A stretch of DNA of 64,000 nucleotides from an uncultured Actinomycetota bacterium. GTDB taxonomy: Bacteria > Actinomycetota > Actinomycetes > Streptosporangiales > Streptosporangiaceae. Within the stretch, counting starts at the first letter, position 1, and the number at the start of each line of letters is the position of its first letter. The stretch covers positions 98,741-162,740 of the forward strand of contig CAVTOG010000002.1 in the NCBI GenBank assembly GCA_963736325.1. Reading direction: 5' to 3'. Made by a program: the position numbers and the translations under genes. Under the pieces are notes generated by a model that was not told the origin of the DNA, did no database searches, and saw nothing but the letters and a program-made list of their open reading frames with translations. This document shows, in pieces, positions 40,824 to 52,100 of the stretch.

Positions 40824-41750
40824 CTAGGAGGATTCCCAGCGCTGGACGCGGTCGCGGAAGCGGCGAGCGGCCGAACGCAGCTCGGCCTCCGGGTCTCGTC
40901 CTTCGGCCTGCAAGGTCTTGACCAGCTCGAACAACGCGGCGCCCGTCTCGTCGTCACCGAACAGCTCCTCCGGCGCGCCCGCCTTGGCGGCGCGCCGCTG
41001 CAGCTGGGCGGCGAGCGAGAGCGACGGCTGCCCCATCGGCACCCCATGGAAGATCGACGCACCGTCGCCGCGCTCCGAGGACTTGATCTTGTCCCAGTTC
41101 GCGTTGACCTCGTCGGCGTCGGTGACCTCGACGTCGCCGAACACGTGCGGGTGCCGGCGTACGAGCTTGTCCACGATGCCCGCGGCGACGTCGTCGACGG
41201 TGAAGTCGTCGGCGACCTCCGCGTGGAACGCGATCTGCATCAGGACGTCGCCGAGCTCCTCGCGCAGCGCGTCACGGTCGCCGCTCTCGATGCTGTCGAC
41301 GGTCTCGTACGCCTCTTCGAGCAGGTACGGGGCGAGCGACGCGTGCGTCTGCTTGCGGTCCCAGGGGCACTCGCGGCGCAGCGTCTCCATCACCGAGACC
41401 AGGTCGAGCAGGCGCGCGCCCGGCAGGTCGTACGCCCCGGGCAGCACCTCGACCTCGGGCGGGGAGTCCATGCCGACCAGGACCGCGCCGACCTCCCTCA
41501 TCAGGGCCTCGTCGCCGTCGGGGCCGGCCAGCCAGACGATCGTGCCCGACGACGCCTCGCGTACGAGCTCGGCGGCGCGGGGCTCGGCGACCTCGGCCGT
41601 GACCTCCGCGTCGCCCAGGTACGGGATCAGCGGGTGGCCGCCGGAGGCGGTCAGGACGCGGTCGGCGGTGCGCAGGGTCTCCCAGGCGCGCCAGGTGAGC
41701 TGGCCGGGTGCGACACGCGGCGAGGTCGCGAGGAAGATCAGTCCTGGCAC
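40824..41750 (-). CDS. mazG: MazG family nucleoside triphosphate pyrophosphohydrolase
   Basis: CPWDRKQTH, LEEAYE, EELGDVL and KLVRRHPHVF. Confidence 0.92.
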   Translation of the reverse strand: MPGLIFLATSPRVAPGQLTWRAWETLRTADRVLTASGGHPLIPYLGDAEVTAEVAEPRAAELVREASSGTIVWLAGPDGDEALMREVGAVLVGMDSPPEVEVLPGAYDLPGARLLDLVSVMETLRRECPWDRKQTHASLAPYLLEEAYETVDSIESGDRDALREELGDVLMQIAFHAEVADDFTVDDVAAGIVDKLVRRHPHVFGDVEVTDADEVNANWDKIKSSERGDGASIFHGVPMGQPSLSLAAQLQRRAAKAGAPEELFGDDETGAALFELVKTLQAEGRDPEAELRSAARRFRDRVQRWESS

Positions 41751-42441
41751 TTGACCTCATTCTGCGTGCCGCCGGTGCCGGCGTCGGGGGCCGACAGCTC
41801 GGGGCAGACCGGGCCGAGCGTCATCCGCTTCTTGTCGAACGTGCCGTAGCGCGGGTTCACTGTGATGCCGAGGGCGTCGTTCGCCTTCGTGTACGCGGCG
41901 AGCACCTGCCCGATGACCGCCTGCTGCTGCGCCTGGCCGACCGGGGCGCCGCCGGTGATGGTCTGGACGAGGGTGCGCTGGGTCAGCACCGTACGGGCGA
42001 AGTCCTCGCCGTAGTGCGTCGGCAGTCCCATCGCCAGGATGTTGGCGTCCACCGCGGGCCATCCGCCGTTCGAGGCGACGAAGGAGTCGACCTGGCCAGG
42101 CGAGATGTTGATGCCGCGCTCGCGCGCGACCTCGTCCCAGGCCCGCATGTCCAGGAGCTGGTGGAGCGCGCTGCGCTGCGGCGACGCGGGGTCGAACGGG
42201 ACCCGCTGCCCGCCCTGGTCCTGGCTCTGGGACTGCTGCACGATCTGCTGCGCCTGGGGGTACTTCGGCAGCTCCTTGCCCCACTCGGTGACGGCGGAGT
42301 CGAGCTTGGCCACGGTGATGCGGTCGTGGCCGACGATGGCGGCGGAGCCGGTCTTGACGGGGCCACAGGCGGTCATCGCGGCGCCGGCGGCCAGCACGGC
42401 GACCGTTACCTTCACAGACTTAACGAACACGAGTGTCCTTC

Positions 42442-42445
<4 letters not shown>
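41738..42445 (-). CDS. SurA-N-domain lipoprotein
   Basis: Lipobox MTAC, GSAAIVGHDRIT and VNPRYGTFD; between mfd and mazG. Confidence 0.85.
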
Positions 42446-46005
<3,560 letters not shown>

Positions 46006-46188
46006 GAGCTCATAAGGGTCGAGGCAACACGAAAACCCGGGAGCGAAGTCACCCCGGGGTAACCACCCTACGCGGCGAGGGATACCACAGACCTCCCACC
46101 CCGGACGAGGCAGGTAGGACGAAACGCATCACACGGACAAAGCGGAATGTGAACACGATCGATAATCGGAAGACTACGCTCCGGAGTT

Positions 46189-46893
46189 GTGACCGACCTG
46201 CGAACGCCGCCGCTCATTGACGGTGACCTGTTCCCTGAACGCGTTCGTGAGTATGCCCAGGAGAAACCCCTGCAGCGCCTGAACATCCTGGAGGCCGGCT
46301 GCGGAGGGAACGACGAACTCGACCTCGACTCCGTCGACTGCGTCGTGACCGGGGTCGACGACGACCTTCCCGAGTTTCGCTCGCACACGCGTACCCGCAC
46401 CGATCTCGACGCCTGGCATCTGGGCGACCTGCGCACGGCCCCGATGCCGCCGCGCGTGTACGACATCGTGCACGTCCACCACCTCATCGAGCGCATCGTC
46501 CACGCCGAGCTGGTGCTCGACCGCTTCGTCGCCGCGCTGAAGCCGGGCGGGATGATGTTCGTGCGGTTCCGCGATCGCGAGACCACCTTCGGCCGCCTCG
46601 ACCGCCTGCTCCCGCACTGGCTGCGCACCATGCTCTGGCACTCCGAACAGCCGCCGCCCGCCGTCTACGACCGCGTCGCGTCCCTGGAGGGCATGCGCTG
46701 GTATTGCATGATGCGAGGTCTGGTCATCTCTGAGGAGTACACCTCCCGCGACACGATGGCCGACTTCGGCCGTTTCACGGGATTGCTGTTCCGCACTATG
46801 TCCGTTCTCGCCCGAAATCGGATGACCTCGGCGTACAGCGAGGTGACCATGGTGATCCGCAAGCCGGAGAATCGCTTCGCCCGCATCCTCTAA
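46189..46893 (+). CDS. class I SAM-dependent methyltransferase
   Basis: ILEAGCG motif I, VTGVD, GDL, YDIV and ALKPGG. Confidence 0.8.
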   Translation: MTDLRTPPLIDGDLFPERVREYAQEKPLQRLNILEAGCGGNDELDLDSVDCVVTGVDDDLPEFRSHTRTRTDLDAWHLGDLRTAPMPPRVYDIVHVHHLIERIVHAELVLDRFVAALKPGGMMFVRFRDRETTFGRLDRLLPHWLRTMLWHSEQPPPAVYDRVASLEGMRWYCMMRGLVISEEYTSRDTMADFGRFTGLLFRTMSVLARNRMTSAYSEVTMVIRKPENRFARIL

Positions 46894-46957
46894 GGAGCAC
46901 GGCCCAGCGCGTACAGTTTCACTAAGTCAACGGTCGAAACCACGATCGGAGTCAGCG

Positions 46958-48454
46958 TTGACCACCGAAGCCGGCGAGTTGCGTGATCTGCCGACCCTGA
47001 CACCGGGCCCGGCCGAGCTTTCCGATCTCGAGCTCCTGATGAACGGCGCGTTCCATCCGCTGACCGGTTTTCTCGGAGCGATGGACGCCGCCACCGTCGC
47101 CGCCGCGGGGCGCCTGGCCGACGGCACGCCCTGGCCGGTGCCGGTGACGCTCACCGTGCCGGACGACCTCGTGAAGGAGGAGCGGATCCTCCTGACCGAC
47201 CCCGAGGGCGTTCCGCTGGCGGTTCTGGAGGCCACCGAGACCTGGCAGGACACCGCCACGTACGAGGGCGCCGACCGGCCGCACACCGAGTGGCGCATGG
47301 CCGGCACGGTGAAGGCGCTGCGCGCGCCCGAGCACGGCCCGTTCCGCCGGCTGCGCCGTTCCCCGCAGGACGTACGCGCGGAGCTGGGCGGCGCGGCGAC
47401 ACTCGCCGTCGCGACGCGCACACCGCTGCACCGGCGCGACCTCGGCCAGGTCCGCCAGCTCGCCGAGCGCCTCGGCACCCGCGTGCTGGTACTGCCCCTG
47501 CTGGGCACCGGCCACAGCGACGCACTGATCCGCGCCCTGCTGTCCGTACGCCGCGAGCTGCCGCCCGAGACGCTGGTCGTCCCGGTGCCGCTGGCCGGAC
47601 GGCACGGCCGCGAGCTGCTGCTGCGCGCGCACATCGCCGCCGCGTACGGCGCCACGCACCTGTTCGCGCCGGAGTTCACCGACGCCGACGCCGCAGCCGC
47701 CCCCCTGGAGCTGGCCGCACCCGAGCCGTGGGCCTTCGACGAAAGCGTCGAGGTCTGGCGGCCCACGGTGAAGATCGAGCCCGACCACATACGCACGGAG
47801 CCGACCGAGGCCGAGCTGGCCGAGCTTCTGGAGCGCGGCGAGGAGCTTCCCGACTGGTTCACACCCGCCTCGGTCGCCCGCGAGCTGCGCCGCGCCGCGC
47901 CGCCGCGCCACGACCGCGGCGTGACGGTCTTCTTCACCGGGCTGTCCGGCTCGGGCAAGTCCACGATCGCGCGCGGCCTCGCCGACGCCATCGTCGAGCG
48001 CGGCGGCCGTGCGGTCACACTGCTCGACGGCGACGTCGTGCGCCGCATGCTGTCGGCCGGCCTGACGTTCTCCCGCGACGACCGTGACCTGAACATCCGC
48101 CGCATCGGCTTCGTCGCCGCCGAGATCATCCGGCACGGCGGGGTCGCGATCTGCGCGCCGATCGCGCCGTACGCGCGCACGCGCGCCGAGGTGCGGCAGA
48201 TGGTGGCCGCGGCCGGCGACTTCCTGCTCGTCCACGTGGCCACGTCACTGGAGGAGTGCGAGCGCCGCGACCGCAAGGGCCTCTACGCCCGCGCCCGCGC
48301 CGGCCTCATCCCGGAGTTCACCGGCATCTCCGACCCGTACGAGACGCCGACGGACGCCGACCTGACGATCGACACGGAACTGATGACGCCCGACGCGGCC
48401 GTCGAGCTCGTATTCGACCTGCTCGTCGGGGGCGGCTGGCTCACCACCGACTAG
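46958..48454 (+). CDS. cysC: adenylyl-sulfate kinase fused to a degenerate Sat-type ATP-sulfurylase domain
   Basis: C-terminal FFTGLSGSGKST, LDGDVVR, RDRKGLY and FTGISDPYE. N-terminal DLELLMNGAFHPLTGF/RLADGTPWPVPVTL, but ATRTPLHRRD in place of QxRNPxHxxH. Confidence 0.9.
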   Translation: MTTEAGELRDLPTLTPGPAELSDLELLMNGAFHPLTGFLGAMDAATVAAAGRLADGTPWPVPVTLTVPDDLVKEERILLTDPEGVPLAVLEATETWQDTATYEGADRPHTEWRMAGTVKALRAPEHGPFRRLRRSPQDVRAELGGAATLAVATRTPLHRRDLGQVRQLAERLGTRVLVLPLLGTGHSDALIRALLSVRRELPPETLVVPVPLAGRHGRELLLRAHIAAAYGATHLFAPEFTDADAAAAPLELAAPEPWAFDESVEVWRPTVKIEPDHIRTEPTEAELAELLERGEELPDWFTPASVARELRRAAPPRHDRGVTVFFTGLSGSGKSTIARGLADAIVERGGRAVTLLDGDVVRRMLSAGLTFSRDDRDLNIRRIGFVAAEIIRHGGVAICAPIAPYARTRAEVRQMVAAAGDFLLVHVATSLEECERRDRKGLYARARAGLIPEFTGISDPYETPTDADLTIDTELMTPDAAVELVFDLLVGGGWLTTD

Positions 48455-48524
48455 GGCTTGCGTTCTTCTGTCGTAGGCATACTCTGAATGTCCGCTTTAC
48501 CGACTTTATCGGTAGGTCATACAG

Positions 48525-49529
48525 ATGCACTTCGACTACGTGATGGCGCTGGGCGCGTTCCTGGTGGCGATCGTCGTTGGACTCACCGGAATGGGCGGCG
48601 GGGCGTTGATGACCCCGATGCTCACCTTCTTCTTCGGGGTGCCACCGCTGGCCGCGGTCTCCAGTGACCTGGTCGCGGCGGCCGTGATGAAGCCGGTCGG
48701 GAGCTTCGTTCACCTGCGGCGCGGCACGGTGAACCTCCGGCTCGTCGGCTGGCTGTGCGCCGGTTCGGTGCCCGCCGCCTTCGGCGGCGTGCTGGCCGCG
48801 CGTGCGCTCGGCGACGGGCAGCGGGTGCAGGACCTCATCGGCAAGGCCGTCGGCGTCGCGCTGCTGATCGCGGCGGCCGGCCTCGCCGTGCGCGGATACC
48901 TGGCGATGACCGACCGCGCCTCGCGCCGCGCCGACCGGCGCACCGCCGTGCCCGGCTCCCCCGCCGCCGAGCATCCCGTGGCCGTGACCGTACGGCCGGT
49001 TCCGACGCTCCTGGTCGGCATGGCGGGCGGCCTGATCGTCGGGCTGACCTCGGTCGGTTCCGGCTCGCTCATCATCGTCGCGCTCCTGGCGCTCTACCCG
49101 TCGTTGAAGGCGAACCAGCTCGTCGGCACCGACCTGATGCAGGCGGTGCCGCTCGTCTGGTCGGCGGCGGCCGGGCACATCCTGTTCGGTGACTTCAAGC
49201 TGGAGATCACCGTCGCGCTGCTGGCCGGCTCGATCCCCGGCGTCTACATCGGCTCGCTCATCTCCTCACGGGCGCCGGGCGGGCTGATCCGGCGGGCGCT
49301 GGCGTTCGTGCTGCTGGCCTCGGCGCTGAAGATGTTCGGGCTCGGCACCACGCTGATGGTGTGGGTCCTCATCGGTGTGGCGGCCGGCAGCGCGGTCGTG
49401 TGGATGCTGCTGCGCCGGCGCCACGGACTGCCCGCGATCGCCCACCGCGACGCGCGGGCACCGGAATCGGAGGTCGAGGCGGCCTCAAGCGGTCGCAAAC
49501 AGCACGAGACCAGGCAACCTGCCCTTTAG
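48525..49529 (+). CDS. TauE/SafE family sulfite/anion exporter
   Basis: VGLTGMGGGALMTP, GLTSVGSGSL and LVGTDL; multiple TM helices. Confidence 0.9.
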   Translation: MHFDYVMALGAFLVAIVVGLTGMGGGALMTPMLTFFFGVPPLAAVSSDLVAAAVMKPVGSFVHLRRGTVNLRLVGWLCAGSVPAAFGGVLAARALGDGQRVQDLIGKAVGVALLIAAAGLAVRGYLAMTDRASRRADRRTAVPGSPAAEHPVAVTVRPVPTLLVGMAGGLIVGLTSVGSGSLIIVALLALYPSLKANQLVGTDLMQAVPLVWSAAAGHILFGDFKLEITVALLAGSIPGVYIGSLISSRAPGGLIRRALAFVLLASALKMFGLGTTLMVWVLIGVAAGSAVVWMLLRRRHGLPAIAHRDARAPESEVEAASSGRKQHETRQPAL

Positions 49530-49556
49530 CTGAATGTTTCATGCAAGGCTGACACT

Positions 49557-50396
49557 GTGGGCATTCTTATCGGGGTGATCGGTGTCGTCGCGATCATCGG
49601 TGTCGGCGTCGTGGTCGCGGTACGCCCGGGTCTTCTGCCCGAGCGCTCCACCTGGACCGCCTCTCGGCCGTGGCTGCCGCTCGACCGGCTGCGGCTCGCC
49701 CGCACTCAGCTGACGGAGTCGGTGGGGGCGCTCGCGGCCTTCCTGATGCTCCTCGGCGGCGGCGTCCTGGTGCTGTCGGCCGTCGCCGCGGTGTTCGGGT
49801 TCGGGATCGCCCTGCTGGAGCACCCGGTCGACTGGTGGGCGTTCCACCTCTCCGACCGGCTGCGCGCACCCGGCTGGGCACGGCTCATGGAAGTCGTCAC
49901 CCAGACCGGCAACCTGCCCGAGATGCGCACCGCCGGTGTGATCTTCTCCGTGCTGCTGGCCTTCGCCGCGCGCGGGCGCCGCTGGGGCCCGGCCGTGCTC
50001 ATCCTCACCGTCATCGTCGTGGAGAAGTACCAGCAGTCGATGCTCGCCGCGATCGTCGACCGCGGCCACCCGCCGACCACGCTGGGCACGTACCCGTCCG
50101 GCGGCTGCGCACGGCTCATCTCCATCTACGGCGTCATCATCTTCGCCGTCCTCGAACTCACCCGCGCCGGCCGCCGTACGCGGATCGCGGCGTGGACCCT
50201 GCTGTGGGCCGGCGCCTTCGCCGAGGGCTACTCCCGCTGGTACCTCAACAAGCACTGGATCACCGACGTCCTCGGCGGCTGGTTCTACGGCGGGCTGCTG
50301 CTCGCGGTGGCCGTGTTCGCCGGCCGGGCGCTGACGCGACGCGAAGAGCCGGTCGAGGTCCCCGAAAAACAGGCCAGGTCGATTTCCGTCAATTAA
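49557..50396 (+). CDS. PAP2-superfamily membrane phosphatase-like protein
   Basis: VDRGHP, YPSGG (PSGH variant) and SRWYLNKHWITDVLGG. Confidence 0.75.
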   Translation: MGILIGVIGVVAIIGVGVVVAVRPGLLPERSTWTASRPWLPLDRLRLARTQLTESVGALAAFLMLLGGGVLVLSAVAAVFGFGIALLEHPVDWWAFHLSDRLRAPGWARLMEVVTQTGNLPEMRTAGVIFSVLLAFAARGRRWGPAVLILTVIVVEKYQQSMLAAIVDRGHPPTTLGTYPSGGCARLISIYGVIIFAVLELTRAGRRTRIAAWTLLWAGAFAEGYSRWYLNKHWITDVLGGWFYGGLLLAVAVFAGRALTRREEPVEVPEKQARSISVN

Positions 50397-50518
50397 CGGA
50401 CACAGCGCGTTCGGACTCGCAACAATGCGATCTCGATCATTGCACCCGGTCCGGGCTTCGCAGGTCGCCTGTGATAGACAAGCTCGGTTCACGGGTGAAG
50501 AAAATTTGGAGCAAAACC

Positions 50519-51790
50519 ATGCGCCGACGCGTGCTCAACGTCGCGGCAATCGCCGCGGTGGCCGTCGCCGGGGCGGCCGTGATGCCGGCGGCCGACGCCG
50601 ACATCAAGCAGTCCGCCGTCGTCTCGACGAACCCGGTCAACACGACCCCCAACGTGCTCGATGGCACCGTACGCGCCATCGCGGTGGTCGGCACGAAGGT
50701 CGTCGTCGGAGGCAACTTCGACCAGGTGCAAGAGGCCGGGACGGGCAAGCCGATCATTGCCCGCCACAACATCTTCTCGTTCGACCAGAGCACCGGCAAG
50801 GTCGACACGAAGTTCGTGCCGAAGGTCGACGGCACCGTTTACGCCCTGCAGCCGGGCACGTCCAGCAGCGTCTACGTGGGCGGCTCGTTCACGAACACCA
50901 ACGATGTCGGCCTCGGCGGGCTGACGCGGCTGAGCGTCACCACCGGCAAGGCCGTCAGTGGATTCAACGCGCGGGTCGGCCACGGGCTGGTCTTCACGAT
51001 GATCCGCCGCGGCAGCCACGTCTACGCCGGCGGTGAGTTCACCACGATCGCGGGCGTCGCCCACGCTCCTCTCGGGCGATTCGACGCGACCAGCGGCAAG
51101 GCCGACGCCGGCTTCAACCTGTCAGTGAGCGAGCCCCGCGAGGGTTCGCTCAAGGTCTTCAAGATGGCCGTCAACCCGGCCGACACGCGGATGGTCATCG
51201 ACGGCACCTTCACCAGGGTCGCCGGTCAGCGCCGCTACCAGATCGCGATGATCGACACCGGGACGACGGCGACGCTCGACTCCTGGTCGACCGAGCGGTA
51301 CTCCACCTCCTGCAACGCCGACGCGTTCGACACCTACATGCGCGGAATCGACTTCGCGCCCGACGGTTCGTACTTCGTCGTCGTGACCACGGGCGGCCCC
51401 TTCGGCACGACCCAGCTGTGCGACTCGGCGGCTCGCTGGGAGTCCGGCAAGACCGGCTCCGGCCAGGACCCCACCTGGGTGAACTGGACCGGTGGCGACA
51501 CGCTCCTGTCGGTGTCCATCACCGGCTCGGCCGTCTACGTCGCCGGCCACCAGCGCTGGCAGGACAACCCTCAGGGCCACGACAACCCGGGCGCAGGAGC
51601 GGTCTCCCGCCCCGGCATCGCGGCGCTGAACCCGACCGGCGGCAAGGCCCTGTCCTGGAACCCGACCCGCACCCGCGGCCACGGCGTGGAGACCCTGGTC
51701 GCCACGTCCAGCGGCCTGTACGTGGGCAGCGACACCGACGAACTCGGCCACGAGCACCACGGCCGAATCGGAATGTTCCCGCTCCCGTAA
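50519..51790 (+). CDS. secreted beta-propeller protein (delta-60/DUF5122-like repeats)
   Basis: Signal peptide ...ADA-D; repeated (V/Y)xGGxF(T/D) blades; paralog of the N-terminus of 52101..54896. Confidence 0.8.
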   Translation: MRRRVLNVAAIAAVAVAGAAVMPAADADIKQSAVVSTNPVNTTPNVLDGTVRAIAVVGTKVVVGGNFDQVQEAGTGKPIIARHNIFSFDQSTGKVDTKFVPKVDGTVYALQPGTSSSVYVGGSFTNTNDVGLGGLTRLSVTTGKAVSGFNARVGHGLVFTMIRRGSHVYAGGEFTTIAGVAHAPLGRFDATSGKADAGFNLSVSEPREGSLKVFKMAVNPADTRMVIDGTFTRVAGQRRYQIAMIDTGTTATLDSWSTERYSTSCNADAFDTYMRGIDFAPDGSYFVVVTTGGPFGTTQLCDSAARWESGKTGSGQDPTWVNWTGGDTLLSVSITGSAVYVAGHQRWQDNPQGHDNPGAGAVSRPGIAALNPTGGKALSWNPTRTRGHGVETLVATSSGLYVGSDTDELGHEHHGRIGMFPLP

Positions 51791-51809
51791 CGGAACCCAT
51801 CCGCACGAC

Positions 51810-51838
51810 CGACGCCGCCGGCCCCGCCGGCGGCGTCG
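51810..51838 (+). terminator. hairpin after the propeller gene
   Basis: CGACGCCGCCGGC-CCC-GCCGGCGGCGTCG. Confidence 0.7.
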
Positions 51839-52037
51839 TCGCGTTTCCGGGCCACTCCGACGCGATGACGAGAAGCCCTTCCGCTCGACCCGCACCCGGC
51901 GTGCGCGCGGCATGAGCAGGCCCCGCCGTCGCGCCGGGCGCGCGGCCTCGGCAGGTTCGCCCGCCCGGCCACCGCCGTCCCGGCCGGTGCGCTGGTCGCG
52001 CGTGGCATGCGCTCGGGGTGAGAGAGGTCGTGACGTG

Positions 52038-52070
52038 CGACGCCGCCGGGCCTTCAGCCCGGCGGCGTCG
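52038..52070 (-). terminator. hairpin after the PKD gene
   Basis: CGACGCCGCCGGGC-CTTCA-GCCCGGCGGCGTCG. Confidence 0.7.
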
Positions 52071-52100
52071 TCTCTCATGTCCCTCGCAGGCTCCGGTGGG

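Noticed and set aside
49670-50518. N-terminal extension of the 706-aa ORF (also the extended ORFs 4423, 32129 and 58372)
   Set aside because: These extensions overlap the true upstream genes in another frame. The real starts are 50519, 4861, 33176 and 58684, supported by signal peptides or stop-start coupling.
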